The position numbers were made by a program, and so were the translations under genes. From Thermodesulfitimonas autotrophica (GTDB lineage Bacteria > Bacillota > Desulfotomaculia > Desulfotomaculales > Ammonificaceae), in NCBI RefSeq assembly GCF_003815015.1, contig NZ_RKRE01000001.1, positions 46,460 to 70,459 on the forward strand: DNA of 24,000 bases, written 5' to 3'. Every line of letters begins with the position of its first letter. Within the stretch, counting starts at the first letter, position 1. The notes under the pieces are model-generated. The model saw nothing but the letters and a program-made list of their open reading frames with translations. It had not been told where the DNA came from and did not search any database. Below are positions 15,160-23,968 of this stretch, piece by piece.

Positions 15160-16374
15160 ATGCCTGTTTTCACGGTGAGTGAAGTCGTCGGCCGCATCCG
15201 GGACCTCCTCGAAGGCGACCCGGTTCTGGCGGGGTTCTGGGTGCGGGGCGAGGTTTCGAACTTAAGCATCTCCGGCGCCGGGCACCTCTATTTTACCCTG
15301 AAGGACGAAGCGAGCCAGTTAAGGGCGGTGATGTTCCGCTCGCGCGCGGAGAACCTCTCCTTTTGCCTGGCCAATGGGGCGGCGGTCCTGGCCCGCGGCC
15401 GGATATCCCTTTACGAGCGCGACGGGAACGTCCAGTTATACGTCGCCGAAATGGAGCCTGACGGCGTCGGCCTGCAGGCCATCCTTTTGCGGGAGCTGAA
15501 GGCGCGGCTCGAACGCGAAGGGCTCTTTAACCCCCAGCGCAAGCGGCCTCTGCCCCGTTTCCCGCGGTGCGTCGGGGTGGCGACTTCGTTAGAGGGGGCC
15601 GCCGTGCGGGATATCGTTAAGATCCTACGGGAGCGCTGGCCGCTAGCCGAGGTGGTGATCGCTCCCTGTGCGGTTCAGGGCGACCAGGCGCCCCGGGAGA
15701 TAGCGGCAGCGATAGAGCGGCTAAACCGCTACGGCGGGGTCGAGGTGATCATCACCGGGCGGGGCGGCGGCTCCTGCGAAGAGCTTGCGGCCTTCAACAC
15801 GGAAACGGTCGTACGCGCCATTTTCGCCTCGCGGGTGCCGGTCGTTTCGGCGGTAGGACACGAGCGGGACGAGACGCTGGCGGACCTGGTGGCCGACGCC
15901 CGGGCGGCGACTCCTTCGGCGGCGGCGGCCATGGTGGTCCCCGACCGGCGGGAGATGGTGGAAAATCTGGCCGGCCTCGCCGGCAGGCTCAAGGCCAGCC
16001 TGGGGCAGCGGGTAGCGGCGCTCCGGCTGCGCCTACTGCACGCGGCGCAAAGCCGCGTTTTTACCAGCCCCTGGGAAATAATTTGCGGGCGGCGGGCACA
16101 GGCGGTGGACAGCCTGGCGGTGCGGCTCGAACGGGAGCTCCACGGCAGGCTGCAGAAGGCGCACGCGGCGCTTGCGGTTTTGGGCGCCAGGCTTGATGCG
16201 CTAAGCCCGCTTAAGACCCTTGCCCGGGGTTACTGCCTCTGCCGTGATGCGGCAACCGGGTCCCTGGTAACCGATGCCGCTCGGGTAGCGTGCGGGACGG
16301 CGGTTGAGGTGGTTCTATACCGGGGGCGACTTTTCTGCAGGGTGGAAAAGACTGCGGTTGACGATGCCAATTAG
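15160..16374 (+). CDS. xseA: Exodeoxyribonuclease VII large subunit
   Basis: FTVSEVVGRIRDLLEGDPVLAGFWVRGEVSNLS (OB-fold N-terminus), ...ITGRGGGSCEELAAFNTE..., and a long coiled-coil C-terminal part. Confidence 0.9.
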   Translation: MPVFTVSEVVGRIRDLLEGDPVLAGFWVRGEVSNLSISGAGHLYFTLKDEASQLRAVMFRSRAENLSFCLANGAAVLARGRISLYERDGNVQLYVAEMEPDGVGLQAILLRELKARLEREGLFNPQRKRPLPRFPRCVGVATSLEGAAVRDIVKILRERWPLAEVVIAPCAVQGDQAPREIAAAIERLNRYGGVEVIITGRGGGSCEELAAFNTETVVRAIFASRVPVVSAVGHERDETLADLVADARAATPSAAAAMVVPDRREMVENLAGLAGRLKASLGQRVAALRLRLLHAAQSRVFTSPWEIICGRRAQAVDSLAVRLERELHGRLQKAHAALAVLGARLDALSPLKTLARGYCLCRDAATGSLVTDAARVACGTAVEVVLYRGRLFCRVEKTAVDDAN

Positions 16375-16414
16375 GCCTCTGAAACCGTCATTTATTCCGT
16401 TTACCCCGCCATCG

Positions 16415-16444
16415 TAGACAAGTAGCTCTTCCTCCGGTTATACT
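16415..16444 (+). promoter_or_regulatory. Candidate sigma-A-type promoter for folD-fchA
   Basis: TAGACA (16415-16420), an 18-nt spacer, then TATACT (16439-16444). About 30 nt upstream of the folD start. Confidence 0.4.
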
Positions 16445-16445
16445 T

Positions 16446-16471
16446 CCCCCTAAAAGGTAAAAGGGGGTTTT
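16446..16471 (+). terminator. Weak hairpin plus T-run after xseA (possible leaky terminator overlapping the folD RBS)
   Basis: CCCCCT (16446-16451) pairs with AGGGGG (16462-16467) across a 10-nt loop, followed by TTTT. The stem is short and its 3' arm doubles as the folD SD. Confidence 0.3.
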
Positions 16472-17324
16472 GGCCGTGGCGGTAATCCTCGACGGCAAGG
16501 CGCTTGCGGCCCAGATCAAAGAAGAGATTAAGGCCGCGGTGGCCGGGTATGCGTCCCGCGGGATAACGCCGAAGCTCACCGCAGTTCTGGTCGGCGACGA
16601 TCCGGGCTCGGTTGTTTACGCGCGGGCGAAAGAAAAGGCCTGTGCCGGGGTCGGGATCGCCTACGAGCTCCACCATCTTCCGGGCGATACGCCGGAGGCT
16701 GCGGTTATAGAACTGATCGGGCGGCTTAACGAAGATCCGGGCGTGCACGGTATCCTGGTAGAGTTTCCCCTCCCGAAACAGGTGAACAAGTGGCGGGTTC
16801 TCGATGCCCTGGCGCCGCTCAAAGATGTCGACGGGATGACGGCGGTTAACCGCGGCCGTCTCTTGGCGGGAGAAGAGGGGCTCTTCCCGGCGACGCCCCA
16901 GAGCTGCATCGAGATTATGGAGCGCTACGGGATTGAGATTGCCGGTAAGCACGCCGTACTGGTGGGGCGCGGGGAAACGGTGGGCCGGCCGCTGATGCTG
17001 ATGATGCTTCGCAAGAACGCCACCATTACGGTCTGCCATACGAAAACGGTGGATATGGCGGCCCATACCCGCCAGGCGGAGATTCTCATCGCCGCCGCCG
17101 GCCGGGCCGGGCTTATCAAGGCGGAGATGGTCAAGCCGGGAGCGGTAGTGGTCGATGCGGGGATTAACCAGACGGACAAGGGAATCTGTGGCGACGTCGA
17201 CTTTGAGGATGTGAAAGAGGTCGCGGGATACATCACGCCGGTACCGGGCGGCGTCGGGAGTCTGACCACCACACTGATCATGAAGAATCTCCTGAAGGCG
17301 ATGGCCCTGCAAGGGGTTGTGTAG
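16470..17324 (+). CDS. folD: Bifunctional methylene-THF dehydrogenase / methenyl-THF cyclohydrolase
   Basis: ILDGKALAAQIKEEI..., PKLTAVLVGDDPGSVVYARAKEKAC, GILVEFPLP, VLVGRGETVGRPL, ITPVPGGVGSLTT are FolD hallmarks. The start is TTG 16470 or GTG 16476, and GTG has the better SD spacing. Confidence 0.9.
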   Translation: MAVAVILDGKALAAQIKEEIKAAVAGYASRGITPKLTAVLVGDDPGSVVYARAKEKACAGVGIAYELHHLPGDTPEAAVIELIGRLNEDPGVHGILVEFPLPKQVNKWRVLDALAPLKDVDGMTAVNRGRLLAGEEGLFPATPQSCIEIMERYGIEIAGKHAVLVGRGETVGRPLMLMMLRKNATITVCHTKTVDMAAHTRQAEILIAAAGRAGLIKAEMVKPGAVVVDAGINQTDKGICGDVDFEDVKEVAGYITPVPGGVGSLTTTLIMKNLLKAMALQGVV

Positions 17325-17335
17325 GAGGCAGGAGC

Positions 17336-17974
17336 ATGGCGCAGGTTTTCGACTGGAGCATCAGGCAGTTCTTGAAGGAGGCCGCGTCAAGTGCCCCTAC
17401 GCCCGGCGGGGGAAGCGTAGCGGCACTGGCGGGCGCGCTGGCGGCGGCGATGGCCTCCATGGTTGCCAGCCTGACCGTCGGCAAGGATAAGTATAAGGAT
17501 GTGGAGCCGGAGATGCAGGCAATACTGGCCAGAACGGCGGCGTTGATCGAGGAGCTTGAGGCGTTGGTGGCGGCGGATATGGAGGCCTTCAACGCCTTTA
17601 TGGCGGTTTACAAGCTCCCGAAGGAGACGGAGGAGCAGAAGGCGGAGCGGGCGCGGCGGATGCAGGAAGCCCTGCTGCAGGCAACCGATACCCCGCTCAA
17701 GATCGCCAGCAGTTGCCTCGAGGTACTCCGGCTTGCCGAACAGGCGGCGTTGAAAGGGAACAAGGGCGCAGTAAGCGATGCGGGCGTGGCCGCGTACTTG
17801 GGCGAGGCGGCGCTTCAGGCCGCGCTGCTCAACGTTGACATCAATGTACCGCTTATCAAGGACGCGTCATACGCGGCGCAGGCGGTGACGAAGCGGGAGG
17901 AGTTAGGGCGCGAGGCGGTGAAAGCAAAGGAGCGGGCCGTGGCGGTCGTGAAGGAACGGCTTGCGGGCCGGTAA
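17336..17974 (+). CDS. fchA: Cyclodeaminase/cyclohydrolase-family protein (FTCD C-terminal domain; FchA-like methenyl-THF cyclohydrolase)
   Basis: FLKEAASSAPTPGGGSVAALAGALAAAMASMVASLTVGK is the signature N-terminal helix of the cyclodeaminase domain. All-helical and Ala-rich. Adjacent to folD. Confidence 0.75.
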   Translation: MAQVFDWSIRQFLKEAASSAPTPGGGSVAALAGALAAAMASMVASLTVGKDKYKDVEPEMQAILARTAALIEELEALVAADMEAFNAFMAVYKLPKETEEQKAERARRMQEALLQATDTPLKIASSCLEVLRLAEQAALKGNKGAVSDAGVAAYLGEAALQAALLNVDINVPLIKDASYAAQAVTKREELGREAVKAKERAVAVVKERLAGR

Positions 17975-17999
17975 GGTGGAGCCTATCCTGTAGTTAAGA

Positions 18000-18036
18000 C
18001 CCCCGGTTTCCTGCGGTGCGGGAGCGGGGGTTTTTT
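18000..18036 (+). terminator. Rho-independent terminator after fchA
   Basis: CCCCCG (18000-18005) pairs with CGGGGG (18025-18030), with extra inner TCC/GGA pairs, followed by TTTTTT (18031-18036). It begins 26 nt after the fchA stop. Confidence 0.75.
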
Positions 18037-18181
18037 GTGGGGCTTACCTACGGAACCCAGGCTCCCTGATTCGCGGGAAGCGGTGGGGAGGGACGCAGGC
18101 GATGGGAAAAATTTAAGGGGAAACTACCGGCGAAGTTTAAGAGGAAATGGGGCCTGCGTGACGAAGTCTCTATGATAGCCA

Positions 18182-18715
18182 ATGGAGAGAATAAGACCGG
18201 TGCCGGTAAAACCGGTGGTGAGCGTTTTCAGCGCGGATGAAGCGCTGCTAGCGGCGGTGGCCGGCGAGCTCGCCCGGTGGCTGGGCGGGCCCGACTACGA
18301 AAGCCCGTTGCTGTCGTTTGACCAGACCCGCTATTACGAACGGGAAATGGGGCCGGGGCTGAAGCGCAGGTTTTATGCTTTCTCCCGCCTCATCGACGCG
18401 GCAGAGTTGGTGGCGCTCAAACGCTGGGCCATCGAAGCGGAGGCGCGCTGGCGGTACGATGGGAGGCGGCGGGTGAACATTGACCCCGGCTACGTGAGCC
18501 TTGCGAAATTAGTCTTGGCGACCACCAAAGATAACGTACACCGGATTTATTTAGGGGAAGGCATCTACGCCGAGGTAACCCTTTACTTTTGCAAGGGGCG
18601 GTTTCATCCTTGGCCCTGGACCTACCCGGATTATGCCAGCCCGGAGTACCGCGCGATTTTCGAGCATATCCGGGAGCTTTACCGGGAGCAGTTGCGCGCC
18701 GCAAAACAGGGGTAA
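18182..18715 (+). CDS. Conserved protein of unknown function (resembles the DUF4416 family)
   Basis: 177-aa ORF with coding-like composition. Motifs NIDPGYVSLAKLVLATTKDNVHRIYLGEGIYAEVTL and WTYPDY recall DUF4416, from memory and not searched. No clear SD before ATG 18182. TATGAT at 18171-18176 could make the mRNA leaderless; an alternative in-frame GTG lies at 18200. Confidence 0.55.
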   Translation: MERIRPVPVKPVVSVFSADEALLAAVAGELARWLGGPDYESPLLSFDQTRYYEREMGPGLKRRFYAFSRLIDAAELVALKRWAIEAEARWRYDGRRRVNIDPGYVSLAKLVLATTKDNVHRIYLGEGIYAEVTLYFCKGRFHPWPWTYPDYASPEYRAIFEHIRELYREQLRAAKQG

Positions 18716-18779
18716 CTTCCCTACCGGCTGTATGCTATACTTTTGATTAGTGCTGGCTGCGGTGTGAGGGGTTTGGGAC

Positions 18780-19070
18780 GTGAGCCAGGAAAAAGAGCCT
18801 TCTTTTGAGGCGTGTCTTGGGCGGCTTGAGGCGATTGTCCGGGAGATCGAGGCGGGCAATCTCGACCTTGATACTGCCATTGCCCGGTTTACCGAAGGGA
18901 TGGAACTGGTGAAGCGGTGCCGGGCACTGCTTACCGCGGCGGAACAGAAGATATGCCTGCTCCTCGAGAATGAGGTGCAGGAAGGCGCTGCCGTTCCGGT
19001 AGAGAACCTGGCGAAGGAGCGCACCAATGGACTTCAAAGCGGCCCTATCAGAAAAAGCCCACCTGATTAA
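18780..19070 (+). CDS. xseB: Exodeoxyribonuclease VII small subunit
   Basis: SFEACLGRLEAIVREIEAGNLDLDTAIARFTEGMELVKRCRALLTAAEQKI is the canonical XseB helix-hairpin. GTG start with GAGGGG upstream. The C-terminal tail overlaps ispA by 44 nt. Confidence 0.8.
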   Translation: MSQEKEPSFEACLGRLEAIVREIEAGNLDLDTAIARFTEGMELVKRCRALLTAAEQKICLLLENEVQEGAAVPVENLAKERTNGLQSGPIRKSPPD

Positions 19071-19917
19071 CCAAGCCCTCGATGCCTACCTTCCTCCGGA
19101 GTTGGCACCGCCGGTAGTCATTCACCAGGCGATGCGGTATAGCGTTCTCTCGGGTGGAAAGAGGCTTCGCCCGGCGCTGGTGCTGGGGGCGGCAGAGGCG
19201 GTTGGGGGCAGGGTCGAAGCTGTTCTTCCGGCTGCCTGCGGCATCGAGCTTATCCACTGCTACTCCCTGGTTCACGATGACCTGCCGGCGATGGACGACG
19301 ACGATTTGCGACGCGGGCGTCCCACTACCCACAAGGTCTTCGGCGAGGCGATCGCGATTTTAGCCGGGGATGCTCTCCTGACGCTCGGCTTTGAACTGCT
19401 CGCCCGGGCGGGGCTGGAAACGGATGTGTCGCCTGTAGATGCCCTTAAGGTGGTGCGGGAGGTAGCCGTTGCGGCGGGAACGGAAGGGATGGTAGGCGGG
19501 CAGGTGCTTGATATTAAGTCTCCGGAAGCGGGTGCTCCGGCAGAGCTGGTCAAGGAAATTCACCGCCGAAAAACGGCGGCGCTTTTCGTCGCTTCAGTCC
19601 GTACGGGGGCGATCCTTGCTCGCGCCTCTGAGGAAGCGCTGGCGGCCCTGACGCGCTTCGGCATGAGTTTCGGCCTCGCTTTTCAGATTACGGACGACAT
19701 TTTGGACGTGGTCGGGGAAGAGGCTAGGATGGGGAAGAGGGCCGGAAGCGACGCGCGGCAGAAAAAGCTTACCTATCCGGCGATTTTCGGCCTGGCGGCG
19801 GCGCGGGAGCGGGCCAGGGCGGCAGCCATGGAAGCGGTGGCGGCGGTAGAAGGGTTCGGCAGCGCGGCCGCGTTTTTGCGCGGGGCGGCGGAATTTATCC
19901 TGACGCGCGATTACTGA
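19027..19917 (+). CDS. ispA: Farnesyl/geranylgeranyl diphosphate synthase (polyprenyl synthetase)
   Basis: GGKRLRPALV, first Asp-rich motif LVHDDLPAMDDDDLRRG, second FQITDDILD, and KRAGSDARQKKLTYP. Confidence 0.9.
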   Translation: MDFKAALSEKAHLINQALDAYLPPELAPPVVIHQAMRYSVLSGGKRLRPALVLGAAEAVGGRVEAVLPAACGIELIHCYSLVHDDLPAMDDDDLRRGRPTTHKVFGEAIAILAGDALLTLGFELLARAGLETDVSPVDALKVVREVAVAAGTEGMVGGQVLDIKSPEAGAPAELVKEIHRRKTAALFVASVRTGAILARASEEALAALTRFGMSFGLAFQITDDILDVVGEEARMGKRAGSDARQKKLTYPAIFGLAAARERARAAAMEAVAAVEGFGSAAAFLRGAAEFILTRDY

Positions 19918-19974
19918 CGGCCGATTTTGCGCGCCGCTCATTTACAGGGCGAGCTGGCGGTACCTGGCGGGGGT

Positions 19975-20003
19975 TTGTTTATCCCGGCGGACTATGGTAT
20001 CAT
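19975..20003 (+). promoter_or_regulatory. Sigma-A-type promoter with extended -10, upstream of the large ncRNA
   Basis: TTGTTT (19975-19980), a 17-nt spacer, then TGgTATCAT (TG at 19995-19996, -10 hexamer at 19998-20003). Predicted start near 20010. Confidence 0.55.
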
Positions 20004-20011
20004 AGTTATCA

Positions 20012-20650
20012 AGGAGCGGGTTCCTTTGGGGGACCGCTATTATGCCCTTTGAAAATGAAAATGGGTAAGTGATGCAGTATCCTAGTCAGAACGCCTCCAC
20101 TGAAGGCGGGCCTAAAAATCCGCCAAGGGCACATCGATGAAGTTCCTGGTGCTGGCTGCTGGCGCCCAGCCGGGGGCTGGTACTGGGAGTTAAGGCGGAA
20201 GGGCGACCCGCAAAGGCATGCGGGCGTTGACCCTCCCGCCGCGGAGACCCAAGTGCGTGGGCTGACGCCTATGGCTTGGGATAGAACCTGTACGTGGTGG
20301 AAAGCTGCGTACAGCGTAGCCTGCCTTGAGTGGCCCGGGTGGATGCAAAGAAAAGCGGCCTCCGGGTATGGGCCCATCCCGGAGGTCCGCTAGCTGAAAC
20401 CCTGGCTGCAAAAGAGGCTAGGTGGAGGGCGGTTCTGTCGGGGAAAACCCCTAGGCTGTCCGGATTTCGGGGTGCTCCAGGGATTAAAGTGTATGCTTAG
20501 TGGCAATCCAGCCCCGGTTGCGGTGACGGACCGGGGACGCCCTTAAAGGGAAACCGCTGGCGCGGCGACGGCCAGTGGGCGTCCGGGAAATCCTGCTGGA
20601 CCTAAGCTACAGCGTTTACCTGGGGCGCTATCACTTACCCATTTTGAATT
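20012..20650 (+). ncRNA. ole: OLE (ornate large extremophilic) RNA candidate
   Basis: About 640 nt with no credible ORF. A perfect 16-bp closing helix AAAATGGGTAAGTGAT (20058-20073) pairs with ATCACTTACCCATTTT (20630-20645). Many nested hairpins, e.g. 20288-20294/20308-20314, 20355-20390 (12 bp), 20512-20518/20530-20536, and 20536-20542/20577-20583 enclosing 20557-20561/20571-20575. Location between ispA and a small membrane-protein gene followed by dxs and tlyA matches the published OLE synteny. The ends are approximate. Confidence 0.8.
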
Positions 20651-20677
20651 TACGGCCATTTTCGAGGTGAGAGCCGT

Positions 20678-21295
20678 TTGGGTAATAACCGGCCCCGCGG
20701 CGCTTTTGTGCGCCACCTGCTTTTTGTGCTTGCGGGGACTTTTACCGCTACCGTATCCTGCGCGCTAGTTTCGGAAACCTTTGTGCGCCGGATGGAGGCG
20801 GTTGGGCTTGCGGTTGGCTTTCTTTTTCTGATTATCGCGGTGAATATTATCTTCGATATCGTGGGCACGGCGGCTACGGCGGCTTCGGAGCCAACCTTTA
20901 ACGCGATGGCGGCGCGTAAGGTTTCCGGGGCTTCGGAAGGGCTCTGGCTGGTGCGGCATGCGGATAAGGTCGCCAATTTTGCGAACGATATAATCGGGGA
21001 TGTTGCGGGAACTGTTGCCGGCGCGCTCGGCATTTCGCTTATGACGCAGGTGTTGGTCCGGTGGCCGGAGCTGAACGAACTCTGGTTGAATATCCTGGTC
21101 ACAGCGGCTATCGCTTCCCTGACCGTGGTGGGAAAGGCTGCGGGCAAGCGGTTGGCGGTGAGCGAGCCGGACCAGGTTATTTTTTTGGCGGGGCGGATAA
21201 TGGCAGCCTGGGGGCGGATGAGGCCCCCATTTTGGCGCAAAAAGAGGGCGCTTAACAGGAAGGGGCGACAGTTTGAGCGTTCTCGAGCAGGTTAA
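20678..21295 (+). CDS. oapA: Small polytopic membrane protein, OLE-associated protein A candidate
   Basis: 205 aa with about four hydrophobic helices ([75 protein letters not shown]). TTG start with GAGGTGA 7 nt upstream. Immediately 3' of the ncRNA and overlapping dxs by 23 nt. Confidence 0.7.
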   Translation: MGNNRPRGAFVRHLLFVLAGTFTATVSCALVSETFVRRMEAVGLAVGFLFLIIAVNIIFDIVGTAATAASEPTFNAMAARKVSGASEGLWLVRHADKVANFANDIIGDVAGTVAGALGISLMTQVLVRWPELNELWLNILVTAAIASLTVVGKAAGKRLAVSEPDQVIFLAGRIMAAWGRMRPPFWRKKRALNRKGRQFERSRAG

Positions 21296-23165
21296 CGCGC
21301 CGGAGGATCTGCGCCGGCTTAAAATAGAAGAGCTGAGTCAGCTGGCGGCCGAGCTCCGGGAGTTGATCATCGAAACGGTGGCTCAGACGGGCGGACACTT
21401 AGCGCCGAATCTCGGGGTGGTAGAGCTTACTATCGCGCTGCACCGGGTCTTCCAGGCGCCCCGGGATAAGATCGTTTGGGATGTTGGGCACCAGTGTTAC
21501 GCCCACAAGATCCTCACGGGCCGGCGGGAGCGCTTTGGCACGCTACGGCAGTTCGGCGGGATAAGCGGCTTCCCCTGCCGGGACGAGAGCGTTTATGACG
21601 CCTTTGGCGCCGGCCACGCCAGCACCTCCATTTCGGCGGCACTGGGCTTAGCGAAAGCCAGGGACTTTAACCAGGAGGATTACGCGGTGGTGGCGGTAAT
21701 TGGTGACGGGGCGCTAACAGGGGGTATGGCGCTGGAAGCGCTCAACCACGCGGGCCACATCAAGGCCAACTTCATCGTGGTCCTCAACGATAACGAGATG
21801 TCGATTTCGAAAAACGTTGGAGCCCTGGCCGGCTACCTCACCCGCCTCCGGACGGACCCTATGTACCACCGGTCCCGGGAGGAGTTTGAAGCCTTAATTC
21901 AAAAAATACCAGCAATCGGGCCGCGGATGCTCCGCGTGCTGGAACGCCTGAAGGACAGCGTGAAGTATCTGGTGGTTCCAGGGATGTTTTTTGAAGAGCT
22001 CGGTTATACCTACTTAGGACCTGTTGACGGCCACAGTATCCCGGCGCTGCTGCGGACCCTGGAAAAGGCAAAGGGCCTCAAGGGGCCGGTGCTGGTCCAC
22101 GTCGTCACGCGAAAGGGGAAGGGCTACCCGCCGGCGGAGAAGGACCCGGACACCTTTCACGGCGTTGGCCCCTTCAACCCGCTGACGGGTGAGGTCTATG
22201 GGGCGGGAAAGATAACCTATACGGAGGTCTTCGGCCAGACACTCGTCCGCCTCGCGGAAGAAGACCCCCGTATTGTCGCTATTACCGCGGCAATGACCAC
22301 CGGCACAGGACTCAAGACCTTCGCGCGGCGCTTTCCCCAGCGTTTCTTCGACGTCGGGATCGCGGAACAGCACGCCGTGACGTTGGCGGCCGGGCTCGCG
22401 GCCGGCGGCTGGCGGCCGGTGGTGGCCATCTATTCGACCTTTTTGCAGCGGGCCTACGACCAGATCGTGCACGACGTCTGCTTGCAGCGTTTGCCGGTCG
22501 TTTTTGCCCTTGACCGTGCCGGCATCGTGGGCGAGGACGGCGCGACGCACCAGGGGCTATTCGATATCGCCTACCTGCGCTCGATCCCCAATATGGCGCT
22601 GATGGCGCCGATGGACGAGAACGAACTGCAACACATGTTAAAGACGGCCTTGCTTTACGGCGGTCCCTGCGCGATCCGGTACCCGCGGGGCAGGGGAACG
22701 GGGTGCGCTTTAGAAAAGGAGCTGCGCCCGCTTCCCTTCGGCCAGGCGCTGGTCCTCCGGGACGGCAGAGACGTGAGCCTCTTCGCGCTCGGCAACACGG
22801 TCGCCGCGGCCCTTGAGGCGGCGGAGCGGCTGGCCACGCAGGGGATCGAGGCGGCGGTGGTCAACGCCCGTTTTGTAAAGCCTCTCGACGCTTCCCTCCT
22901 CCTGCGCTTTGCCCGGCGGACGCGACGGGTGGTGACAGTGGAGGAAGGCATCCTGGCGGGCGGTTTCGGTAGCGCGGTAGCTGAGCTCCTGATGGATAAC
23001 GGGCTCGGCAATGTGGAGCTCGTGCGGTTAGGGATCAACGATACCTTTGTCCCGCACGGCGCCCCGGCCCTCCTCCGGGAAAGGTACGGGCTTACGGCTG
23101 AGAACATCGTTGCCGCGGTTACCCAGTCACGGCGGCGGTTGCGGGTTGCCGCCAGGAAGAAGTGA
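21273..23165 (+). CDS. dxs: 1-deoxy-D-xylulose-5-phosphate synthase
   Basis: [34 protein letters not shown], the ThDP motif [16 protein letters not shown]...[10 protein letters not shown], and the transketolase-like C-terminus. TTG start with GGAAGGGG upstream. Confidence 0.95.
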   Translation: MSVLEQVNAPEDLRRLKIEELSQLAAELRELIIETVAQTGGHLAPNLGVVELTIALHRVFQAPRDKIVWDVGHQCYAHKILTGRRERFGTLRQFGGISGFPCRDESVYDAFGAGHASTSISAALGLAKARDFNQEDYAVVAVIGDGALTGGMALEALNHAGHIKANFIVVLNDNEMSISKNVGALAGYLTRLRTDPMYHRSREEFEALIQKIPAIGPRMLRVLERLKDSVKYLVVPGMFFEELGYTYLGPVDGHSIPALLRTLEKAKGLKGPVLVHVVTRKGKGYPPAEKDPDTFHGVGPFNPLTGEVYGAGKITYTEVFGQTLVRLAEEDPRIVAITAAMTTGTGLKTFARRFPQRFFDVGIAEQHAVTLAAGLAAGGWRPVVAIYSTFLQRAYDQIVHDVCLQRLPVVFALDRAGIVGEDGATHQGLFDIAYLRSIPNMALMAPMDENELQHMLKTALLYGGPCAIRYPRGRGTGCALEKELRPLPFGQALVLRDGRDVSLFALGNTVAAALEAAERLATQGIEAAVVNARFVKPLDASLLLRFARRTRRVVTVEEGILAGGFGSAVAELLMDNGLGNVELVRLGINDTFVPHGAPALLRERYGLTAENIVAAVTQSRRRLRVAARKK

Positions 23166-23968
23166 TGTCCGTCCGGCGGCGGTTGGACGTGGCCCTGGTG
23201 GAGAAAGGGTTTTTTGTTAGCCGCGAGCAGGCACGTCAGGCTATACTTGCCGGCTTAGTGTTCGTGAACGGCCTCTGCGTGCAGAAGCCGGGCCGTTTCG
23301 TTTCCGCCGCGGATAGAATGGAGGTGCGCGGGGAGGCGCTTCCCTACGTCTCCCGCGGGGGGCTGAAACTCGCGCACGCGCTACGTTTTTTTGGGGTTAA
23401 CCTCCGCGGGCTGGTGGTCATCGACGTGGGGGCATCAACAGGTGGTTTTACCGACTGCGCCCTTCAATTTGGAGCGCGGCGGGTTTTCGCGGTGGATGTC
23501 GGTTACGGGCAACTGGCCTGGAAATTGCGAACCGACCCGCGGGTCACCGTTCTCGAGCGGACCAACATCCGCCACCTTGCTCCCGAAGCGATTGACGAGC
23601 TTGCGGACTTCGCCACCGTCGATGTCAGTTTTATCTCGCTTGAAAAGGTTCTGCCTTGCGTAGGGGCACTACTAAAGCCGGAGGGGCAGGGCATTGCGCT
23701 GGTTAAGCCCCAGTTTGAAGCCGGGCGGGGCAAGGTGGGCAAAAAGGGTGTGGTGCGCGATCCGGCCACGCACGTGGCCGTCTGCGCGAAGATTATCGCC
23801 TTTATCGGCTCGCTCGGCTGGGAGGTGCGGGGCCTGACTTACTCGCCGCTACGCGGGCCGGAAGGCAACATCGAGTTTCTTGTCTACTTCAGTAAGGTTA
23901 CAGGGTGTCCGTGGGACGGCAAGGTGGAAGAGGTGGTGACGGCGGCCTGGCGCCACTTTAAAAGTTAA
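23162..23968 (+). CDS. tlyA: TlyA-family rRNA (cytidine-2'-O)-methyltransferase (S4 domain plus FtsJ-like MTase)
   Basis: [33 protein letters not shown] is the S4 domain, [13 protein letters not shown]...[33 protein letters not shown] is the SAM-binding part, and it ends with [13 protein letters not shown] 4-nt overlap with the dxs stop. Confidence 0.9.
   Translation: MMSVRRRLDVALVEKGFFVSREQARQAILAGLVFVNGLCVQKPGRFVSAADRMEVRGEALPYVSRGGLKLAHALRFFGVNLRGLVVIDVGASTGGFTDCALQFGARRVFAVDVGYGQLAWKLRTDPRVTVLERTNIRHLAPEAIDELADFATVDVSFISLEKVLPCVGALLKPEGQGIALVKPQFEAGRGKVGKKGVVRDPATHVAVCAKIIAFIGSLGWEVRGLTYSPLRGPEGNIEFLVYFSKVTGCPWDGKVEEVVTAAWRHFKS

Noticed and set aside
16375-16469. Possible THF riboswitch upstream of folD.
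   Set aside because: The interval is only 95 nt and is largely taken up by a promoter-like TAGACA/TATACT pair and a simple hairpin. I recognised no THF-aptamer-like conserved core.
16401-17312. 303-aa minus-strand ORF antisense to folD. Similar long shadow ORFs are 8623-9390 (+), 22014-22550 (-), 3101-3481 (+), 4599-5195 (+), 2083-2631 (+) and 11194-11580 (-).
   Set aside because: Their translations are Arg/Pro/Gly-rich and low in complexity, with no recognisable motifs or RBS. Each lies fully antisense or out of frame to a strongly supported gene. These are typical shadow ORFs of GC-rich DNA.
20009-20411. Minus-strand ORFs of 122 aa and 73 aa, plus an 8-codon plus-strand mini-ORF (ATG at 20042), inside the ispA-dxs interval.
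   Set aside because: No RBS at proper spacing. The composition is Pro/Gly/Arg-rich nonsense. The interval is better explained by nested RNA helices and OLE synteny.
20012-20650. Alternative identities for the structured RNA: RNase P RNA, tmRNA, a group I or II intron, or a riboswitch.
   Set aside because: I saw no RNase P GAGGAAAGTCC-type core and no tmRNA acceptor or tag-ORF features. There is no interrupted host gene or intron-encoded ORF. It is far too large for a riboswitch. Gene context matches OLE specifically.
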